From assembly GCA_046290465.1 (NCBI GenBank), contig JBKAGP010000001.1, positions 2,624,001 to 2,688,000 of the forward strand: a stretch of 64,000 nucleotides of DNA, written 5' to 3'. Within the stretch, counting starts at the first letter, position 1; every line of letters begins with the position of its first letter. A program made the position numbers and the translations under genes. A model generated the notes under the pieces. That model saw only the letters and a list, made by a program, of their open reading frames with translations, made no database searches and was not told where the DNA came from. Below are positions 57,905 through 64,000 of the stretch, piece after piece. The DNA is from Planctomycetota bacterium. Its GTDB lineage: Bacteria > Planctomycetota > UBA1135 > UBA2386.

Positions 57905-59869
57905 GTGGCAACGCGCATCGGCATCGACACTGGCGGGACGTTCACCGACGTGGTGCGCGTGCAGCGCGGCGCCGCCGAGGTGCACAAGGTGCGTTCGACG
58001 CCCGACGACCCGTCGCGCGCCGTGCTCGCGGGCCTCGCCGCGGCGCGCCGCCGCGAGCACGAGCAGGTCGACCTGGTGCACGGCACCACGGTCGGCCTCA
58101 ACGCGGTGCTGACCGGGAACCTCGCGCGCACGGTGTTCGTCACCAACGCGGGCTGCGAGGACCTGATCGAGGTCGGCCGCCAAGAACGTGTCGAGCTGTA
58201 CGCGCTCGACCCGCACCGCCCGATCCCGCCGGTGCCGCGCCAGAACCGCGTCGGGGTCGCCTGCCGGCGCGGCGCCGGCGGCGAACGGGTGCAGGCGCTG
58301 AGCAGGACCGCGATCGACGACGCGGTCGCGGCGGTCGTGCGACGGCGCCCCGAGGCGATCGCGATCGGCCTGCTGCACGCGCCGGCCGACCCGTCGGACG
58401 AACGACGGCTGCAGCGGGCGCTGCGCCGCGCGCTGCCGGACGTTCCGATCACCTGCAGCGCCGAACTGCTGCCCGCCTTCGGCGAGTACGAACGGTTCTG
58501 CGCGACCATCCTGAACGCCGCGATCGCCCCGGTCGTCGGCCGCTACACCCGCCGCGTCGCCGACCAGCTCGGACCGGGCCAGCTGCGGCTGCTGCGCTCG
58601 AGCCTCGGCATCCTGCCGCCGGCCGAGGCCGCCCGGTTCCCCGCGCGCGCGATGTTCTCGGGCCCCGCCGGCGGCGTGCTCGCGACCGGCCAGGTCGCGC
58701 GCCGGCTGCAGCTGCCGCGCGCGGCGGCGTTCGACATGGGCGGCACGTCGGCCGACGTGTGCCTGGTCGAGCACGAACCGACGCTGTCGTCCGAGGGCAC
58801 GATCGCCGGGCTGCCGCTGCCGCTGCCGACCGTGCCGGTGCACACCGTCGCCGCCGGTGGCGGCAGCATCGCCTACGCCGACGCCGGCGGCGCGCTGCGC
58901 GTCGGGCCGGAGAGCGCCGGCGCGGATCCGGGCCCGGCCTGCTACGGCAAGGGCAGCGAGCCGACCGTCACCGACGCCCACGTCGCGCTCGGCCACCTCG
59001 GCCCGGACACGCTGCTCGACGGCGCCTTCCCGATCGACGTCGACGCGTCGGTCCGTGCGATCGAGCGCCTCGGCCGGCGCCTCGGCCTGGGCACTCGCAA
59101 GGCCGCCGAGGGCGTGCTGACGGTCGCCGACGCGGCGATGGCGCGCGCGATCCTGGTGATCACGGCCGAACGCGCGGTCGACCCGGCGAGCGTGCCGCTG
59201 GTCGCCTACGGGGGCGCCGGCGGCCTGCACGCGGCCTCGCTGATGCTGCACCTCGGCATGCCGCAGGCGGTGCTGCCGCCGCACCCAGGCGCGTTCTCGG
59301 CGATGGGCCTGGCGCTGGCCGGCGAAGCGATCGAGCTGGCCGAGGCGGTGCCCGTGGGACTCGACGCGCGCAGCCTCGACGAATTGCTCGAGCACGGCCA
59401 GCGGCTGCTGGCGGCGACCCGCGAGGGGCTCGGCGGCCGGCGCGGCCGTGGCCGCGTCGAGGCGCTGGTGCGCTACCGCGGCCAGGGTGCCGCCCTGAGC
59501 CTGCCGCTGACGCGCCGCCTGCCGGCGACGTTCGCCCGCGAACACCAGCGGCGGTTCGGGTTCACGACCGACGCCGCGCTCGAGGTCGTGCAGGTCCGGG
59601 CCCGCAGCGAGACCGCCGCGAAGGCCCTGCCAGCGACCAGCGGCCCGCGCCGGGGCGGTCCGATCGGGCGCCGCCGGCCACCGCTCGGCGGCCCGGCGCT
59701 GCCGATCTACGACCGCCGCGAACTGCCCGAGAAGGTCCTGGGCCCGGCCATCATCGAGGAACCGACGGCCACGACGCTGGTGCCGTCGCATTGCCGACTG
59801 CACCACGATCCGTTCGGCCTCGTCGTGACCCGGAATCTCCCGGGTAACTCCCGTAGTCGGCCTAAGTAG
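57905..59869 (+). CDS. Hydantoinase A/oxoprolinase family protein
   Basis: IDTGGTFTD, HGTT, SGPAGG, DMGGTSAD, GGGSIA, GPESAGADPGPACYG, YGGAG, GPAIIEE. Confidence 0.92.
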   Translation: MATRIGIDTGGTFTDVVRVQRGAAEVHKVRSTPDDPSRAVLAGLAAARRREHEQVDLVHGTTVGLNAVLTGNLARTVFVTNAGCEDLIEVGRQERVELYALDPHRPIPPVPRQNRVGVACRRGAGGERVQALSRTAIDDAVAAVVRRRPEAIAIGLLHAPADPSDERRLQRALRRALPDVPITCSAELLPAFGEYERFCATILNAAIAPVVGRYTRRVADQLGPGQLRLLRSSLGILPPAEAARFPARAMFSGPAGGVLATGQVARRLQLPRAAAFDMGGTSADVCLVEHEPTLSSEGTIAGLPLPLPTVPVHTVAAGGGSIAYADAGGALRVGPESAGADPGPACYGKGSEPTVTDAHVALGHLGPDTLLDGAFPIDVDASVRAIERLGRRLGLGTRKAAEGVLTVADAAMARAILVITAERAVDPASVPLVAYGGAGGLHAASLMLHLGMPQAVLPPHPGAFSAMGLALAGEAIELAEAVPVGLDARSLDELLEHGQRLLAATREGLGGRRGRGRVEALVRYRGQGAALSLPLTRRLPATFAREHQRRFGFTTDAALEVVQVRARSETAAKALPATSGPRRGGPIGRRRPPLGGPALPIYDRRELPEKVLGPAIIEEPTATTLVPSHCRLHHDPFGLVVTRNLPGNSRSRPK

Positions 59870-59879
59870 TTCTCTCGAC

Positions 59880-60285
59880 AGCAGCTCTGGATCGAAAACC
59901 GGATCGATTTCGAGGTTTGACCGGATGAAGATCGTGAGCTCTGTTTCGGAGTAGCCCGCGGGTGAGAAGACACTCAGAAGTGCCAGCGTCGGTCTGGCGA
60001 CACCCGCGATGGCTGCGAGAAGAAGACCAACACACAACATCTTCCTGCACGGTGGTCCCACGAGGACGGCTGCGTAGGAGACGACACAAATGCCGGGGGT
60101 TGTCCGCGACGGACGTAAAAACTTGACTCTCCTTCTTCCCCTTTTTCCCGAAGTTTAACCCCCGGCTCCTTTTTCTCGCTCGCCGCACCTCGGCGAGCCG
60201 TCGTCCTCTCCCCCGAAGATCGAAGGACGGCACCCGCAGGTTCAGCCCGGCCCGGGATCCGTCCTCACCGGACCGACCGGGCCGC
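59880..60285. ncRNA. Candidate structured non-coding RNA, family not recognised
   Basis: Gap between convergent genes with nested stems (cgcgggtg/cacccgcg, gccgggggtt/aacccccggc, gtccg/cggac, aaactt/aagttt) and a following T-run. Confidence 0.35.
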
Positions 60286-60290
60286 ACGTT

Positions 60291-60461
60291 GCTAGGAGCG
60301 CGTCCATGTAGTGGACGCGCTGCCAACCGTGATCGCGGAAGCGGCGTGTACGCGTGCGGACGGGGCTTTGCCCGCTAGGAGCGCGTCCATCTAGTGGACG
60401 CGCTGCCAACCGTGATCGCGGAAGCGGCGTGTCCGCGTGCGGACGGGGCTTTGCCCGCTAG
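60291..60461. repeat. Two tandem 83-bp units bounded by GCTAG, each with a 10-bp hairpin
   Basis: gctag at 60291, 60374 and 60457; units differ at two positions; stem agcgcgtcca/tggacgcgct. Confidence 0.9.
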
Positions 60462-61510
60462 TGCCGCGAGGCCCCGGACCCGCCCGATTCGGCTTCGGCC
60501 TTGTCCAGCAGCCGCTGCACGACCTCGTTGCCGGGGTCCAGCTGCAGCACCCGGCGCCAGTCCGCGACCGCTGCCGTCACCAGCCCCTGCCCGTAGTTCA
60601 TCAGCGCCCGCTGGTGCAGCAGCGGGCCGAGCCGCCGACGCACGCGGCGGTCGTCCGGGAAGCGCTTCGCGAGTTCGATCAGGTCGTGCACGGCGCCCTC
60701 GCGTTCGCCGTTGGCCAGCCGCGCTTCCACGGAGACCAGCCCGAGCGCCACCGGGTCCTCACCGGTCGGCACCGGCCGCGCGATCACGACCTCGGGCTCG
60801 CGATCCACGACCTCCGGCTCGACCGGCGCGCGCGTCGACGGCGTCGTCGCCGCGACGTTCGGCGGCTGCGGCGGACGGTAGGCCGAAGCGGCCGAACGCT
60901 CCGCGATCGGCGCGCGGACCTCGGCAGCCGCTGCCCTCCCATCGCCGTCGACCTTGCCGGCGCGGGCCCCGTCCACGGGCCGCTTCGCCTCGCTGCGGTT
61001 CCCCTCGGTCCGGTTCCTCGCGGCCCGCCGCGGCGGCGCCGCCTCGGCCATCGGCTGCGGAGCCGGGCCGACGGGCTGCACCTCGACGATCGGCATCGCC
61101 GGCCGGTCCGGCTGCGACGCCCCCACCTCGGCCGCCGCGGTCCGTTCGCCGAACAGCTGCAGGCGCTGTTCGGTCGCCGCGATCCACTGCTGCAGGCTCG
61201 GCTGCAGCGGCCAGTGCTCCTGCGCCCGCCGCAGCCGCTCGAGCGCCTCGGCGTCGCGCCACTCGCCGCGCAGCATCAGCGCCTCGAGGATCAGCTCGTG
61301 GCAGCGACGCATGCGCAGTTCGACCTCGACCGCCGCGGCGCGCGCGTCGGGGTAGCGCGGGTGCGCGACCGGCACGGCGTCGTAGGCGCGCAGCGCCCGC
61401 AGCAGGTCGTCGTCCTTCAACGCGTACTCGGCCCGCTGGAACGGGTCCTTCGGCGGGATCGCGCAGGCGGCGAACGCGAGCGGCAGCGCCGCCATCCAGG
61501 CGCGGCTCAC
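60458..61510 (-). CDS. TPR-containing probable lipoprotein
   Basis: LAFAAC lipobox, Pro/Ala-rich linker, C-terminal AVADWRRVLQLDPGN. Confidence 0.75.
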   Translation of the reverse strand: MSRAWMAALPLAFAACAIPPKDPFQRAEYALKDDDLLRALRAYDAVPVAHPRYPDARAAAVEVELRMRRCHELILEALMLRGEWRDAEALERLRRAQEHWPLQPSLQQWIAATEQRLQLFGERTAAAEVGASQPDRPAMPIVEVQPVGPAPQPMAEAAPPRRAARNRTEGNRSEAKRPVDGARAGKVDGDGRAAAAEVRAPIAERSAASAYRPPQPPNVAATTPSTRAPVEPEVVDREPEVVIARPVPTGEDPVALGLVSVEARLANGEREGAVHDLIELAKRFPDDRRVRRRLGPLLHQRALMNYGQGLVTAAVADWRRVLQLDPGNEVVQRLLDKAEAESGGSGASRH

Positions 61511-62946
61511 GGCTGCTGGTCCTCGAACGGGTAGTCGTCGAGCATCACTTCGAGTTCGGTCTGGCTCTCGGCGTTGTCGTCGTCGTCGTCGACGTCGGTC
61601 TCGACCACGCGCCAGGGCATCGAACCGCCGGGCACGATCATCACCTCACGGTCGTGCTCGGGCGGCGCCCGCCGGATCTCCTCGCAGAACAGCTCGACCA
61701 GCCACGGATCGAAGACCTCGCCCTTGGCGTCCTCGAGGCGCGTCAGCGCGTCCTGCCACTCCAGCGGCTTGTCGGCGCCGGTGGTCGTCAGCAGGTCGAA
61801 CGCCGCCGCGATCGCCAGCACGCGCGAACCGAGCGGCAGGCGGTCGCCGCGCAGGCCGTCCGGCGTGCCGCGGCCATCGTAGCGCTCCAGCTGGTGGCGC
61901 AGGATCTTGGCGACGCGGCGCAGCGCCGGCACGCACTCGAGCTGCTCGGCGGCGTGCACCGGATGGTGCTCGAGCGACTTCGACTCGATCTCGGTCAACG
62001 GCGTCTGCTTCTGCAGGATGCTGGCGCGCACCGACGCCTTGCCGAGGTCGACGAGGCGGCAGGCGATGTGCAGTTCGTTGCGGTCGGCTTCGAGCAGCTG
62101 CAGCTTTTCGGCGACGCGGCCGGCGAGGCGCGCGGTCCGTTCGCCGTGGCCCGGCGGCACCAGCTGCCGCTTCTCGAGCCCGTCGACGACGTGCAGCGCC
62201 ATCGCGACGTAGCCCTCACCGACCCGCTGCAGGCCGTCGTTCATGCCCTTCTCGAGCTCGCGCATCGCCGAGCCGAGGTCCTGCAGTTCGCTCTCGACAC
62301 CGGTCGGCGACGTGCCGGCGACCTCACCGGCAGCGAGCCGGATCAGCGCATCGGTCGCGCCGCGCACGCGCGCCGACCAGTGGTGGCCGAGCACCGCCGC
62401 GGCCGCGACCAGGCTCAGGCAGCTGAGCAGGACCAAGCCGAACCAGGTCCAGTCGAACGTCGCCAGGAACGTCGGCGGTTCGCGCTGCAGGCGGACCTCG
62501 CCGATGATCTCGCCGCCGTAGCGGACCGGCGCGAGGCTCTCGCGGACCGGCGCGCCGCCGCCGAGTCGCTCGATCCGCTGGAACGGCTCGGTGCCGGCCA
62601 GCAGCGACATCTGGCGGTCGCCGAGGACCAGCGACGTGTCGATGACGACCCGACCGTCGCGGTCGAGCACCAGCGCCCGCCCGCCGATCTGGTCGCGCAC
62701 CACGGCGGCCAGCACCGACAGGCGCATGACGTCGCCGCGGTCGAGCAGCGGCCCGGCGCGTTCGGCCATGGCGGCGGCAGCCTGCTGCTCCTTGCCGGCC
62801 TCGACGGCGGCAAGATGCTGGTTGTCACGGTCGGCGCCGAGGAAGCCGAGCACGACCGCGACGAAGGACGCGCCGATCGACAGAGCGGCGATCAGGCGGC
62901 GTGTCAGCGACCACCCACGCTGGCGGCGTTCGATTCGGGGACCCAT
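61507..62946 (-). CDS. Membrane sensor with degenerate HD-GYP domain
   Basis: Two TMs, HAMP-like segment, GHGERT, LVDLGK, HQLERYDGRGTPDGL, FDPWLV. Confidence 0.85.
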   Translation of the reverse strand: MGPRIERRQRGWSLTRRLIAALSIGASFVAVVLGFLGADRDNQHLAAVEAGKEQQAAAAMAERAGPLLDRGDVMRLSVLAAVVRDQIGGRALVLDRDGRVVIDTSLVLGDRQMSLLAGTEPFQRIERLGGGAPVRESLAPVRYGGEIIGEVRLQREPPTFLATFDWTWFGLVLLSCLSLVAAAAVLGHHWSARVRGATDALIRLAAGEVAGTSPTGVESELQDLGSAMRELEKGMNDGLQRVGEGYVAMALHVVDGLEKRQLVPPGHGERTARLAGRVAEKLQLLEADRNELHIACRLVDLGKASVRASILQKQTPLTEIESKSLEHHPVHAAEQLECVPALRRVAKILRHQLERYDGRGTPDGLRGDRLPLGSRVLAIAAAFDLLTTTGADKPLEWQDALTRLEDAKGEVFDPWLVELFCEEIRRAPPEHDREVMIVPGGSMPWRVVETDVDDDDDNAESQTELEVMLDDYPFEDQQP

Positions 62947-62966
62947 CGTGCGGAGCTATCGGCACG

Positions 62967-63151
62967 CGGGGTGGGGTGACTTGTGGGGTGTGGCGGGTTG
63001 GGGCGGTGGGGTGGGGAGTTGGGGGGCGAGAGTGGGGTTTAGGTTGGGGGTGTGGGAGGAGGGGTCGGGCTTCGAGGGGAGACCGGGGGCCGAGGGGATG
63101 GGGTGTGGGCCCGGGGGGATGAGAGGGGCCGGGGACGGAGCGGGTGAGGGG
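62967..63151 (+). other. G-run-rich low-complexity tract
   Basis: Dense GGGG to GGGGGG runs on one strand, unlike the rest of the window. Confidence 0.7.
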
Positions 63152-63162
63152 CTCGAACGTCC

Positions 63163-63248
63163 GCTCGCCGCTGCGCGGCGAGCTTGCGTGGCGGCTACGT
63201 GCTGCTTTGCAGCACTTGCGCGCCGCGCGTCGCTTCGCGACGCGCTAC
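63163..63248 (-). repeat. REP-like cluster of three short hairpins starting at GTAG
   Basis: Stems at 63163-63183, 63199-63215, 63225-63245 with 3-nt loops; GTAG overlaps the upstream stop. Confidence 0.6.
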
Positions 63249-63976
63249 TTGAATTTGATCGCTTCCAGGCTCTCCACGTGCAGCTGGTAGATGTCCACGC
63301 AGTAGCCGTCCATCACCGTCGACTCGACCTTGAACGTGCCGATGATCTTCAGCGGATCGAAGAAGTAGTCGGTCGTCTTCTTCTTGGGCATGACCACGCG
63401 CACGATGCCGTGGATGTCGGGCGGCTGGCCGTAGCAGCACGACCAGAGCGACTCGACGAGCAGGAACTCCTTGATGTTCTGCACCTCGTCGATCGGCAGC
63501 ATGAAGCCGGTCATCAGGACCTTCTTGCCCGACAGCTCCTTGATGCGCTTGGGCATGCCCTTCAGGCCGTCTTCGTAGGGCCACGAGGTCAGCTCGTCGA
63601 ACGGCAGGATCTTGTCGAGGCCCGTGATCTTGCCGGCCTTGATCTCCTTCTGCAGGCGCTTCTCGACCTCGAGCATCTGCTCGGCGCTGCGCATCGCAGC
63701 GATGTCGGCAGGGTCGGTGCCCTTCGGCATCGGCGCATCCTCTTCGGGGCGCTCGACCTTGGGATCCTTCTTCTGGTCCTTCTTGGGGTCCTGCTTCTTC
63801 TTCGGGTCCTGCTTGCCCTTCTTGGCGTCGCCCTTCTTCGGATCCTGCTTCTTCGGATCCTGCTGGCCGGCTTCGGCCTTCTTCTCGACCTTGGGAGCGG
63901 GCTTGGACTCCTTCGTCGGTGGGGTCTGACAGATCAGCAGGCCGCTGAGGGCCAGGATGGCGAACAAGGTCTTCAT
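63245..63976 (-). CDS. DUF3299 domain exported protein
   Basis: Signal peptide, QDPKK low-complexity repeats, LSGKKVLMTGFMLP, EFLLV, SCCYGQPP. Confidence 0.8.
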   Translation of the reverse strand: MKTLFAILALSGLLICQTPPTKESKPAPKVEKKAEAGQQDPKKQDPKKGDAKKGKQDPKKKQDPKKDQKKDPKVERPEEDAPMPKGTDPADIAAMRSAEQMLEVEKRLQKEIKAGKITGLDKILPFDELTSWPYEDGLKGMPKRIKELSGKKVLMTGFMLPIDEVQNIKEFLLVESLWSCCYGQPPDIHGIVRVVMPKKKTTDYFFDPLKIIGTFKVESTVMDGYCVDIYQLHVESLEAIKFK

Positions 63977-64000
63977 GGTCGGTTGGTGCCCGGGCGGGTC

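Noticed and set aside
57824..60061. 952-aa minus ORF with signal-peptide-like start (MLCVGLLLAAIAG) reading into plsY
   Set aside because: Mostly antisense to the hydantoinase gene, with atypical codons at the start; only the last 206 aa are PlsY. A decayed small gene near 59830-60040 cannot be fully excluded.
59880..60285. tmRNA, RNase P RNA, tRNA or retron ncRNA
   Set aside because: No tRNA-like ends or T-loop, no GAGGAAAGTCC core, and no reverse transcriptase in the window.

Overview
Very GC-rich bacterial chromosomal window, probably Planctomycetota-like (inferred from protein style only), holding about 47 genes. I saw no rRNA, tRNA, CRISPR array, transposase or integrase. Left to right: (1) a minus-strand redox operon running off the left edge, encoding a 1351-aa ten-CxxCH lipoprotein with C-terminal LVIVD repeats, an unusual flavin reductase-FHA-FHA-[2Fe-2S] fusion, and a c3-like multiheme cytochrome missing from the ORF track; (2) a divergent DGPF/YciI + ECF42-type sigma pair with a matching promoter; (3) an HglS/D-2-hydroxyglutarate dehydrogenase/LysR module; (4) a ~21-kb glycan locus with seven glycosyltransferase genes, three sulfotransferases (one broken by an in-frame TAG), a 1448-aa GT2-coiled coil-GT4 protein carrying six tandem 21-bp one-heptad repeats, ugd-uxs-galE and a UDPGP-family pyrophosphorylase; (5) DinG, SPFH/RHH with a candidate operator, two POT transporters, YebC, a double sulfatase, DPP-IV, AlgJ plus frameshifted AlgI, gpsA-plsY, hydantoinase A, a TPR lipoprotein, a degenerate HD-GYP protein and DUF3299. 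Non-coding signals include a three-copy REPIN-like hairpin family overlapping the stop codons of convergent genes, an 83-bp tandem duplication, a densely structured candidate ncRNA, and a G-run tract. The best candidates for an undescribed system are the FHA-linked multiheme electron-transfer operon and the sulfated-glycan locus with a repeat-tunable coiled-coil ruler. All calls come from motif reading; no searches were run.
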